Made by a program: the position numbers and the translations under genes. From the human T2T-CHM13v2.0 reference genome, Homo sapiens, in NCBI RefSeq assembly GCF_009914755.1, contig NC_060938.1: a stretch of DNA of 64,000 nucleotides. One strand, given 5' to 3'. Positions within the stretch are counted from its first letter, which is position 1; every line of letters starts with the position of its first letter. Shown here in pieces: positions 32,830 through 45,540 of this stretch. The notes under the pieces were generated by a model that was not told the origin of the DNA, made no database searches, and saw nothing but the letters and a program-made list of their open reading frames with translations.

Positions 32830-33570
32830 ACCTTTCCCCTCTACCAAAACTCCTCCTCCTGAGGTCTTTAGCTCACCTCAGGGTGTGCCTTGGCTCCCTA
32901 AGCCTCCGTACCCGATCAATCACCAAGACCTATTGATTCCACCCATTCCACTTCTCCTGAAGCTTTCCCCTTCTCTGCATTTTCCCATCATCACATTCTA
33001 CTCAACCTATTGACACTGACCACCTACTATGGGCCAGGCACTGTGCTAGGCTGTAAGTCTACATTATGAACAACACACAAATAGTATCATGCAGGAGTTT
33101 GCATTTAGAACCCCAGGTGGAAACTACACCACAGGGGCACTGGTAATACAGCAGAAGTGACTCCCTCTACACAGGGGTGGGGGCTTGGTGGGCTGCACAG
33201 ACCACAGAGGTCAGGGATGGCTCTGGAAAGTTCCTAGAGAGGCTGATCTCTGTGGAAAGATGAATAGGCATTTGCCAAATGGGCAAAGAGAAGAACTGCA
33301 TTCCAGCCAATGAGAAGAGCTCAGACAGGAGCAGCTGGAGGGAGTACATAAGCCATTCTGGTTTGTTGGGGATGTGTTTGTTTCTCCAAGAATTTGGTCT
33401 AAAGGAGGGGAAAGTGGTAGGAGCTGGAACTGGAGCAGCAGGCAGGAACCAGATCACGGAAGGTTTTGTCAATCCTATTCAGGAGTTTGAATCTTAACCT
33501 GTGGGCAGAGGGAATGTCAGTAGGGTTCTAACTAAGGACCTAGTCAGTCTTACTCTTTAGAAAGATCGCT
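32830..33570. mobile_element. L2 fragments
   Basis: cacctactatgggccaggcactgtgctagg and ggaaccagatcacggaagg..gagtttgaatctta L2-like motifs. Confidence 0.55.
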
Positions 33571-35117
33571 TTAGAAATAATGTCTCTTATGTGAACAACT
33601 GCAATTATTTTTCTTAATTCTCATCTCCCCTCCCTCCATACACCATTTCCAAAGTAGAAAACAAGATGATGTGTCTTCCCTAATTAAAAATCAAAACAAA
33701 ATTAAAACCTCACCACAGCTTCCCATAGCAGACAGCAGCAATTCCAGACTCCAAGGAAAATTGTTCCTGGAGATGTTAATTTTTGTTATGGGGGGCTGGG
33801 GAAGGGGGGAAATCATTTCCTTGCAAAAAAAAAAAAAAAGTTGGATTAACCTTTATACAAAATTAAGCAGGTTTTCTTTTCATTGCAGGACTTCTCAGAG
33901 CCTTCAGTTTTCTAAAATCAACTGTGACTCTTTAAAAAGGGGATTCAGCATTCAAATCCCCAACTTATTAAACAAGTGAGCTCCTTGATCTTGGAGCATT
34001 GATTAGCATCTTCATGGGCTAGTCTTCTGTGAAATGCTGACCTGCACAATATGAAGTCCAAACTCAACTAGGTGAATAGTCTTGTGAATAATCTAGCCTC
34101 AACTTTTATCCCTTCCTGACATACACACACACATCCTTGTATCCTCTGTTCCAACCACACTGGTCTTCTTACTGCCCTTCCCCTCTTTCTATGCTTGAGG
34201 AATTCTGGGTCATCCTTTAAGCCATAGCCAAATAGCAACTCCACTGTGAAAAAGTGGTCTGTAGTGAGGGTTGCAGAGATACAGGTTGGTCTGAATCAAG
34301 GCTACTGTCCATGAAACCCTCTATGCAGTACGTGGAAATTGTTTGGATGAATAACTCTGTAATCTGCGAATCTGTGAAGAGGGGTGGACTACATTTTACA
34401 AGGCAATTAAGGGTTCTTTGTGACTGGCAAAGAGGCTCTGGCCTCTGGAGACTGCACTGTCCTGTATTTAAAGAAACTTCAGTTTTTCCCAGCCTCTCTG
34501 CTGTAGATTACATGAAGAACAGAAGCATCATGTCAAGCCGCTGGATACCATAATGGAGTGGGACAAAAGGAGTGCTGGAAAGATGTTTTGAAGTCCATGT
34601 TTGGGAATGAGTGGAGGTAGCCTGGATCTCCGACAAGGGGTACTGGAATGAAGGAAATTGATTCTAGGATGGAGAGACTGGAAATCAGAAAGACCAGAGA
34701 ATGAATCCTCAGAAGAACAGCCACAAGAAAGTACCATGTTCACATAAGTTGATACAGATACTTTCTTTTTTAAAGCCGGAACAGGAAGAGGGCAAGTAAC
34801 AACAACAACAAAAAGCTATGGCTTTGCTCAGGAAGAGTTGTTCTAGAGACTGCTTCTGTGTGCTAAGGAGAGAAGAAAAGAGGAATTTAAGGCAGAAGAA
34901 GTAATAATGCATAAAAAGCTTTGTGCTTTGTCCCTTGGACCCAGCTTTGCTTTCACTGGACAGGACCTAACCCTGACTACTGCCTTCCAACTTTGGGATG
35001 GAGAACAGACGGAGGGGAAGGTGGGCCAGTGCAGAGAAAGAAAGAAGAGAGAGAAGAGAGGCAGGGGAAGAAACAAGAGGAGGAAGTGGAGGGAAGCAAA
35101 GGGGTCACCAGCTCTTA

Positions 35118-35498
<381 letters not shown>

Positions 35499-35543
35499 TC
35501 AATTTTGTAATTTTAACTCATTTAATCAATTGGTCTTAATTTA

Positions 35544-36026
<483 letters not shown>

Positions 36027-36739
36027 TTAAGATCAAGAGCAGCCTCGAGGCAATTTCCTAGGATGGAAGCCTCCTGCTGCTGCAGATCAAGTGTGAGGAG
36101 CACAAGGCAACTTGGCTCAGCATTTGCTGGAAGGAGCCACTTCCTCTCCTCCCTGCGGCCTGCCCCATCCCTGCAGTCACTCCAAATGAGGCAGCCTGCT
36201 TCTTTTTGGTGTGCCTTATTGTTCCAAAACTTCTTGGAGTACACCTGGGAACTCTTCACCACCTACTGATGAAAAGTCCCAGCTTTTATGGTGAAAAATG
36301 ATGTCCCGGATTCTTTTCTTTAATCTCATTGAAGGCCCTAACAAGATAACACATTCCAAAGTTCCAACAGAACAACAACAACAACAAAAGCCAGAAGCAA
36401 AGGAGTCTACCTCTCTGTATGACTTCTGAGTTGAAAGGATCTCCTTGACTAATTATGGTTTTACTGAAAGATGTAGATGATGATTTTAATAGTGCCTTTG
36501 CTCAACAAAAATGTAGCTGTTACTGGCCCATAGGGCTGCTTCTTAGAAAGACTGGTGTGGAAAGACTGGCTTAGAAAGACTGGCTGTGTGGAAATGCCAG
36601 CCTTGGGGCGGAAACCTCCATGAGATCTTTTTAAATGTGGAACTAGAACAAAACAAAATAAGACAAAACAAAACTATGAGGTTACAGCATCACCATAAAG
36701 ATCTAAGGTATCTACAAATATCATAGCTTGGTTTCAGTG

Positions 36740-37862
36740 ACATTACCAAACCAAACTGGAGTGGGCTTGCCCAGCGCAGTAAGGCCAAACGTTCATACCA
36801 AAGTTTTATAGTGGGAGAAGGAAGGGGATTGATTAGCAAGACACCAAGCAAGGAGAATTGGGCAGCTCACGCCTAAGACCTGACCTCCCCAATGGCTTAT
36901 AAGCAAGGGTTTCTAAAGGCAGGGGTAAACTTCAGGAAAGTGGAAGTTACAAGCAAAATTGTAAATCGATATATGGAGGTTATATACTGGTTTGGCCTAA
37001 AAAGGTGAGATAGCTTGAAGTGGGGGGCTTACAAAGTCATAGGTAGATTCAAAGATTTTTTGATTTGCAATTGGTTAAAGAAGGGAAGCTTTGTCAAAAG
37101 ACTTGGGTTCAGCAGAAAAGAATGTGGGGTCTGGCCTGTGGGTGTGACTTCCTCCAGGCCCTTCAGGAAAAAGTTTAGAACAAAGAATGGAGGCTGGGAA
37201 TGGTGGATCACAGCTGCAATCCTAGCACTTTAGGAGGCCAAGGTGAAAGGATCACTTGATGCCAGGAGCTCAAGATCAGCCTGGGCAAAAAAGCGAGACC
37301 CCAGACTCCATCTCTACAAAAAAAAAAAAAAAAAAAAGCCTGACATGTTGGCACGTAGCTGTAGTCCCAGCTACTCGAAAGGCTGAGATGGGAGGATCAC
37401 AGGACAGGAGGTCGAGGCTGCAGTAAGCTATGATTACACCACTACACTCCAACCTGGGCAACAGAGCCAGACCCTGGCAAAAAAAAAGAAAAAAACCCAG
37501 AATAAAGAACAGAGGTCAGAATTCAGTCCTCAGAATTCAGTCCTCAGTTCTCCCTTATCTGAGGTCTGCATGCCAGGGGATCCATTTGGTGGGGGTCTGG
37601 GTTTCTGAAAAACAACTCAGGGATATATGTTAAGATGTTACCTTTAGTCTCTGGAGGGAACCAAACATCTCGCAACTCTAACTTCCCTGGCTATTGTTTT
37701 AAGCTACTATTACCTTCTTGTTTACCAAGTTGCTCCTTACTTCTCAGGGCTAGCTGGGTGCCTGGAATTTCCCTTGCAGGAACTCAAGATTTCGCTTTAT
37801 TTCCATGCTTGTAGGGGAGTAGGGGGAAGGAGGCCCCTAAAAGGGGTCCCTGCTTCATCTCA
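36740..37862. mobile_element. ERV1-type LTR (family unassigned) with nested Alu
   Basis: LTR-like motifs gggtttctgaaaaacaactcagg and gttaagatgttacctttag; sequence continues across the Alu insertion. Confidence 0.55.
37192..37495 (+). mobile_element. AluJ nested in the LTR
   Basis: Imperfect TSD agaacaaagaatggag / agaataaagaacagag. Confidence 0.85.
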
Positions 37863-38222
37863 ATGTTGGCTTTTTTGGTAAGTTTTCAGATCAGGGGATG
37901 TAGAACGTTCACAAATAAAACAATCCACACTCGCCTTAGGGATAAATTATGAATGGTTCATACATTAAAACTCCAAAGATGCCAAAGCACCTACCCTATT
38001 TTAAAGCATAGTAGCTATCGTGATACAAGCCAGTTTTGCAATGTCAAATTCATTCTGAGTAGAAGGTTGGAAACGAAGACTTAGAAAAAAGGAACAGGTT
38101 GAAACCAAAACAATCCTACCCAAACGAAAACTTCTTTTAAACAGAATCAAGTGATCCAATGACTCTGTGGCCTTAAATCAATGTTAATTAATTTCTCAAA
38201 TCCTAATAAACAGGTATCATAA

Positions 38223-38558
<336 letters not shown>

Positions 38559-40751
38559 CCCTGCCTTCATCTTTACATTATTGCTCAAGAATATCCCAAA
38601 TTCCTGAAAAAGTCACTGCCTGTCAACATGCAGTTCCCCTCTGAAAGAACACCAAAATGGCAATTCAGTAGATCACTCCTGTGTTGACACCTATTTTCTC
38701 ACTTTAATGATTTATTTCTCTGATGGCTGCTGGCTAAGATTCATTATTAAGAACCATTAGTAAGTCAAACATTCTAACTGGAGGCTTTCATCCCGCAAAA
38801 GCTACCAAAGTGATAAATTTTGCCTCTGTGCACTCCTTTGTCTTGGAGCCTCTTGGTTTTTTTTTTTTTTTTTTTTTAAAAAACATCTTTTAGCTATGTT
38901 CAGGGATTCCAACAAAGATATCAGCCATTTGTTAAGTAACAGGACTAAGAAATTTGAAAACAAAAATATCAGCACAAGGAACAATCTGTATATTTGTTTG
39001 TAGTTTATAAGCATTGGCCAATTCCAAAATAATGAAGAGATTTGCTAAGTGCTCACGTTTTTTTTCAGATAAAAAAATATTGCATTTAAAGTAAACACAA
39101 ATTGTATCAAAAAGAAAAAGTTTATCTAGCATTTATTAGTGTTTCCTTTCAAAATATTTAATAATTCTAAGCAGAGGCAACTTATTCTAAATTTCAAACA
39201 CATGTCTATAAATTTTCATAAGAATTTTTCTTGTATAAAACAGATGTCTTAATAATTTTTAAAATCTAACTAAAATAATTTTGTGGACCCTGCTACTGCA
39301 CCTACCACATTATATTCCAGTTTTGTCGTGTATGCTGCATAAACCCCTGGCTAAAGGTGTTATTAAAAAGTTATTAAAGTTTTAGATTAACTTTTTATAA
39401 AGTTTTAATAACTTTTAAAGTTATTAAAAAGTTATTAAAGGTGTTATTAAAAAGGTGTTATTATAAAGTTATCGGTGGACTGTCTATCCTGTTCATGTCT
39501 CTGAATCCAGCAACCGGCTTAACCAAAGTGGATTCTTAACCAAAGTATGTGATCCTCTCAAGACAAAGACCTTTTACAAACAATATTTCATCTGGCAAGA
39601 GGGGAGTAGAGGAGAGTTCCTTTGTCAAGTCTTCTCTCTGTGGGTGACCCCGTTGGCTCAGAATGAACAACTTGGGCACATTACAGTAACCACCCAGGCC
39701 ACAAAAATGCGTTGAAACCACTGAAAATGAAATAATCAGACCTACTTAAATGTTTTTACCATCTGGGCAAATAACACCCCAAGGGCCAAGACTTACCTAA
39801 GAAAGTGTCTGAAGTATGTTACCCAAGCCTGAGAGGCAACAGGTAGGTGGATTTTGTGCCAATCAGAAAGTGTTATGATTGGCAAACCACTGCAAAACTC
39901 TGAAATTGCAGTGAAATGGAAATGCTGGCTGTCATCCCCAAAGTACATTTCAAGGAACCACAAAACTTCAGAATTAGAAGCAATTATTTAGAATGAACGT
40001 TTTCACCCACATGAAAGTTGGAAGATGAGGTGGTAACACGAGAGCTTTTGCAGGCGTCCCTACTCTTAATCCTGCGCCCCTTCCACCTTGGTACCCTTCA
40101 TTCTTCAGGACCTGATGGAGTGGTACAAAGCAGAGGTCACTTAACAAGCTCAGCCCAGCTCCTGGATGGGGCAAAGCTGACAAGGAATAGGCACAGGGAG
40201 CCTGGAGATCTCAGGGTCCAGGAAACAGCCTGCCCCATTAGAACTGCACAGCAGAGCACAGCACTGGGATCAGAGAGCAGGCTCATCCCCAGTCTTGTAC
40301 AAAAAATAACATTTGATGATTCCCAAGGGGTAGGTAAAGCAAGTAGCATTTGGGGTTCCAGCAGCCTCTAGAACTGTTTCCCAAATGTTTGGAGCTTGAC
40401 TTTGCAGTATACACTTTGCCCTGGACTGTTTTTCTCTTAATTTTTAGGCCCAAGTGTATTTTAAGGTAAATGGATCCCACATGCCTCTGGTGCATTTACA
40501 CTGAACCCATCAGACCACATTTTGAAAGCGCAATTTGAGGTCCAAGAAGCCCTTGGAGGCTGCTTTTATGAGCCTCTCTGAGTTTCTTTTCTTAGAAGCA
40601 GGAAGCCACATTTTGACATGAACAAATAAAACACAAACCTTAAAGACTCGGATCTGGTTCCAAATGTGGCACCTCTGAAACCAGTGGGTCCTCAAATCAT
40701 CAAGACAGAAAGCTTCCCAGTTTTCTTTTTGAGAAGTTCATGGAGACTTAC

Positions 40752-40926
40752 CCCTGTGTTCTGTTGAGCCCAGAGGCAGTGGTTCGGAGGCGCTCGGTGC
40801 AAAGCTCACGTAAACCTTCAGCATTTCTGATTCCATCCTTCTTCCCAGCCCCTGAGTCTCCCTACACAGCAGGGACCCAGGCTCACTGCTGCCTTCTGGC
40901 CTTTGCTTTTCGGAGCCGAGCTGAGT
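40752..40926 (-). other. TC2N: Non-coding distal first exon, most likely TC2N
   Basis: Strong donor GGG|GTAAGT (plus acttac 40746-40751), local CpG retention, and TATA/Inr upstream. The 5' boundary is inferred from the core promoter and may lie further up. Gene assignment is from recalled gene order (TC2N lies directly downstream of FBLN5, same strand). Confidence 0.7.
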
Positions 40927-41120
40927 GAGTCCCAAGGGAATCACCCTCTGTTTTATAAGCTTTGAAACCAGAGCATCCTGAGCCATTTGGTGCTGATGTG
41001 ATTGCTAACACCACTTGACCCTGACTGAAGAACCACAACTAGGCATGGTTTAGATGTGCTTAGTTAGAGAAAAAAATAACCACAGCCAACAGCAAAGTGA
41101 GGTGTGTGGTGTGGGTGTGA
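40924..41120 (-). promoter_or_regulatory. TC2N: TATA + initiator core promoter with RUNX / CACCC motifs (distal TC2N promoter)
   Basis: TATAAAA at 40957-40951 starts 31 nt upstream of the A in an Inr-like CTCACT (A at 40926). ACCACA/TGTGGT at 41032, 41079 and 41105. GGGTGTGA at 41113. Confidence 0.6.
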
Positions 41121-41222
41121 GAAATGCTCTTGGGGTGAGGAGGGAGGACTTGCAGCTTCTTGGATGCTACAGGGCGTGGAACATGCTGTTTCCTTCCACT
41201 GAAGGCCTAAGATACTACTAAG

Positions 41223-42026
41223 TGGAACAGGAGAATTCCCTGGCCCCCTCACAGGATGTGCAACAGGGGTGTGGCTCTCTCTTCAGCCACCCCAAGCTAA
41301 AACCCCTTATGGGAAGGGGAGCACGCAGACAGGCAGGTGCAGGAACCAGGGTGAGCACTTTTGGGCCCCAGCCCCATGACAGCATCCTGGGGTCGGTGTC
41401 TGTGACTTCCAAAGCCCGAGTAGGCACTGAAACAGTGCAGTCTTTCAGCCTTGCCATCCGTGGACAGCTTAAGCGTTAACCAGCTTAGTGGACCCTCTCC
41501 CTTTTTGCCAGGGCAGAGGGCCAGTGTGACAGTTTCCTGTATCCCGAGCTCTTGTCCAGCATCCCGGAGGGATCAGGTCACACATGGATTTGCAGGATGA
41601 ATGCAGGGGTTTTATTGAGTGGTGGAGGTGGCTCTAAGTAGGATGGATGGGGAGCTGGACAGGGGATGGAGTGGGAAGATGATCTTCCCCTGGAGTTTGG
41701 CCATCCAGTGGCCAGTTTTCAGATCGTCTCCAGTCGAATTCCTCCCAATGTTCCTTCTCTTCTCTCCTTCTTTGCCGTGCTTTTCTGCCATTCATGTCTG
41801 CTCATCTTCTTGTCTCCCCGTCTGCTTCTGGAGCCTGGAGCCTGGGGTTCAGGGTTTATATGGGTACAGGATAGGGGACATGGCAGGCCAAAAGGCAACT
41901 TTTTAGGGATGAAAACAGGAATGGCTGTCCTCATTTAGGGCCATGGGTACCCAGGCTTGAGGGTGGGGCCTTTGCCAGGGAACCACCCTCTTCTACCCAG
42001 TATTTCCCTGTCTCCTGTCCATATCA
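41223..42026 (-). mobile_element. ERV1 solo LTR of the MER52/LTR27/LTR28 group
   Basis: Minus strand begins TGATATGGACAGGAGACAGGGAAATACTGGGTAGAAGAGGG...GGCAAAGGCCCCACCCTCAAGCC. Has TATAAA (41860-41855), AATAAA (41616-41611) and a near 4-bp TSD taag/caag. Confidence 0.8.
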
Positions 42027-42424
42027 CAAGGATCTGTGGAATGCCTACTAAGACTAGGGGTCCAGGACACAACTCCTGATAGGCACTGTGGGGGTCCTTA
42101 ATGAATACCTCACCAACAGGTAGGATGGGAGCACCCTCAGATGGATCTGTAGACTCCACCTCAGCTATCAGGGAGTGCACTTTTTTCCTGAAGCCTTGGG
42201 TTGATTCCTGGGATGGCACATAAAGACAGCCATCCCAACCTGTTCTCCTGTGACTTGCAATGTTGACTCTCTTGGCCCCTGCACAGGGTTCTAAGACTTG
42301 AAGGATGTCCAGAGGCCCTGACCAGGAAAAGAATAATGTATCCTACAATGAGCAGAAAAGACATTGAGGGCAAGGCAGCTAGGGCTCCAGCCCCATCTGT
42401 CCACCTCTCTTTCTAGGGTTTATA

Positions 42425-42596
42425 ACAATACATTCTCAACTCTGGCTACGTAGTCAAGTTTTCAAAAATCCTGATGGCCGGGCCCTACCTAAGCCCAATG
42501 ACATCAGAGTGTCTGGGGGCATGTCCCGGGGAATCAATCTTTCCTCCAAAGTTCTACTGGTTATCCGTCTATGCAGCCAGGGTTGAAGGCCACTGG
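42425..42596. mobile_element. MER5-like DNA transposon remnant
   Basis: ttctcaactctggct ... gcagccagggttgaaggccactg ends. Confidence 0.55.
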
Positions 42597-42900
42597 TTTA
42601 AAGTAACTTGAATACATTCCTGTTCTGCAGGAGCACCGGAAATAATCTACGTAAGAGAAGGATTGTTGGTTGTTTTCTAATCAGATGAAACAGGACTCAG
42701 GGATGATGCCTCCCCCTAACTTCCCCACGACCCCTATTTCTCTGCCCCACCGCCCCCCTCCCATCAATTTGCCAGAGTCACAGATAATGCCCTAGCTCTC
42801 TGGAGAGCTTTCTAAGCCAGCGCACAATAAACAGGTTTAAACAGAACTAGAACCCCAAAGGCTGACTCGTCTATGATGTCAAAATGAACCAAACACAAGC

Positions 42901-43713
42901 TCTCTTCAAATATTTAATCAGTTTGGAGACCTCTGCATTCCAATCCAATTGGGTAAAAATTCTAAAGAAAGCAAGATTAAGGGGTCCTCAAAGAAAACAC
43001 TGGGCTAAAATGGAGAGGAGACTGGGTTTGGGAAGACAGAACATAGCATGTGTCTGAAGGCCTTTCGAAGGAATTCTACGACATATTTTTTAAAAATACT
43101 CAAAATGAACAAGACAGAATTAAACCGTTATACAAATTTAAGGACAACTGAAACTTCTTTTATGGTTGAAAATACCAGGCATGGTTTTGAAACACATTCT
43201 CTAAAAACCCTTCGATCCTGCTGTGGTTTGTTTACATAGCCTTCTCTGTGTACGCAAAAAGCAAACTAGCTACTCCCAGGGTTCCCCGCCAGCTCCCGGG
43301 TCTTTGCAAAGCAGTAACACAGTGAGAGAAGGAGTGGAAGAGGTGAAGAAGTGACAGCAAGCTGTTCACAGTCTTTGAACATAGACTCAGACCCCCGCAA
43401 ACCTAATCTATTTTCTTTGAAAATAGTGGAAATAAACTGAAGGCCTTGAAAATTCACCAACAATCTTCTATCAGGGGAGCAATGATAATACTTTTTGATA
43501 ACTGTGTCATAGGAACTGGGGGTGGCAAGTCCTGCAGGGTGACAGGTCTGCAATAGTACAGGTGAGAGTCAGGAAGTCGGGGCTGACTCTTCGGGGAAAC
43601 GTTCAGCAGGAAATGCCTAACGTCTGTGTCGCTCTCATTCTCTCTGTTATTTCCTCTCTTCTCCTGTCCCTTGGTGCCAATGAGAGGCAGCGTCGGAGGC
43701 TCCAGCCCGAGGC
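42901..43713 (-). other. FBLN5: FBLN5 3' UTR (~0.8 kb)
   Basis: Repeat-free sequence from the stop codon to just past an ATTAAA. The exact cleavage site is approximate. Confidence 0.8.
42913..42918 (-). terminator. FBLN5: FBLN5 polyadenylation signal (ATTAAA variant)
   Basis: Minus strand reads CTGATTAAATATTTGAAGAGA, then a GU-rich downstream element (TTGTGTTTGGTTCATTTT). Confidence 0.75.
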
Positions 43714-43875
43714 TCAGAATGGGTACTGCGACACATATATCCGCAGTCGGATCACGGAGCTGCCTCTGAAGTTGATGACAGTGTTGACAGTGATCATTTC
43801 CAAGTCCAGCTGGATTTCCCGGGGCCCTTTGATGGGGCGTGTCATCACCAGGGTGGCACTGATGGGGCCCGTTTG
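43714..43875 (-). CDS. FBLN5: Fibulin-5 last exon (11), coding part QTGPISATLVMTRPIKGPREIQLDLEMITVNTVINFRGSSVIRLRIYVSQYPF*
   Basis: Acceptor ccatag|CAA. TGA stop at 43714-43716. Ends in the fibulin-type YPF C-terminus. Confidence 0.97.
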   Translation of the reverse strand, partial: QTGPISATLVMTRPIKGPREIQLDLEMITVNTVINFRGSSVIRLRIYVSQYPF

Positions 43876-44436
43876 CTATGGACAGAACCGGGGAACACCA
43901 GTGAGAAAAGGCCTGCATGGCGGCCCTGCAGCCCCACCTGGGCGCTCCCTTGCCTCCGTCAGTCAAACTGGCACCCCCTCGGTGCCTCAACTGTGCCATG
44001 CTCTTTCCCTGGCTTTGCCCACTCTCCACCTGGTTCTTTTCTGCAAACCCTTCAGGTCTCATCTGAAAGGTCACTTCCTAAGAGGAGCCTTCTCTGGTTC
44101 CCCAATCTAAGTCAGGTCCCCCTGCGACCTCTGATGCTGCAGCCTTTACTTTGTACAGGATGGAAAGCATTTATGACCATGTATGATTGTCCATACTGTC
44201 TACCTGATCCGTGTCTGATATCTAGGCTCCCACTAGGCTATGAGTTCTGTAAGAACAGGTACTGGGGTCAGGCTTTTCACCACTGAGTCCCCCTAGAACC
44301 CAGCATGGTGCCTTGAACACAGAAGGTGTTCAGAAAACATATATTGAATGATGAACGAATCATTGATTGAAACTTCTGCATGGCTTAGGGCTGTCACTTC
44401 ACCCCTCTGGGGCTCATCTCTCAAATGAGGGTTTGG

Positions 44437-44681
44437 CATTGAGTACATACACATGGACACAAAGAAGGGAAAAACAGGCACCAGGGCCTGCTTCAGGGTG
44501 GGAGGCAGGAGGAGGGAGGGGATTGAAAAACTACCTACTGGGTACTATGCTTATTACCTGGGTGATGACATCATATATACACCAAACTCCTACGACACAG
44601 TAATTTATCTATACAACCAACATGCACATGTACTCTTGAAAGTGGAATAAAAGTTTTAAAAAACGTTTTTGAGGAAAAATA
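44437..44681 (+). mobile_element. 5'-truncated primate L1 3' end (L1PA/L1PB-like)
   Basis: gggtactatgcttattacctgggtgatg motif and AATAAA. Perfect 14-bp TSD AAATGAGGGTTTGG at 44423-44436 and 44682-44695. Confidence 0.88.
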
Positions 44682-45067
44682 AAATGAGGGTTTGGACCAG
44701 ATCAGTAATTTAAAAAAAAAAAAAAAAAAAGGCATCAAAGGCTACTGGAACTTTTTTTGTTAAACTAACAATTCCAGGGGCCCATTCCAAGATTTTCTAT
44801 GTCAGTATATTTTTAGGTGATGCCTGGGAAAGGTGGAATTTAAGAACCCCCCTCTAGGCACCCTAGAGTCATCTCCAGCTTCACCATTCTGTAACCTGAT
44901 CACTGTGGTCCTAATAATTTCGCGTGAACTCTCTCCTCCACTGAGTCTTTTTCTAAAACTTTCAAGGAGGAAGGCAGAGAGGAATGACATCAACTGAGCA
45001 CCCATCATGTGTGAGGCACTCTTCCAACCATGTTTATGTACATCTGCTTATTTAATCCTCATAAAAT

Positions 45068-45365
<298 letters not shown>

Positions 45366-45384
45366 TCATAAAACCCTGAAAGGC

Positions 45385-45540
45385 CTTGCCACTCAAAGTG
45401 TGGTCCCTGGACCAGCAGCATGGGCATCACCAGGGAGCTTCTTATAAATGCAGAATCTCAGGGCTAGGATCTACTGAGCCAGAATCTGTAGCTTAACACA
45501 ATCCCCAGGGCTTTGTGTGCACATTAAGTATTGAGAAATA
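45385..45540. mobile_element. MER5A-like
   Basis: ctcaaagtgtggtccctggaccagcagcat..aaatgcagaatctcagg. Confidence 0.75.

Noticed and set aside
33889-33975. Possible plus-strand 87-nt exon (ttttcttttcattgcag|...CAA|gtgagc) of an antisense RNA
   Set aside because: Isolated splice-like sites are common by chance; no partner exons or promoter identified.
43562-44110. 182-aa plus-strand ORF
   Set aside because: Non-ATG start, antisense shadow of FBLN5 exon 11, runs into L2-like sequence.
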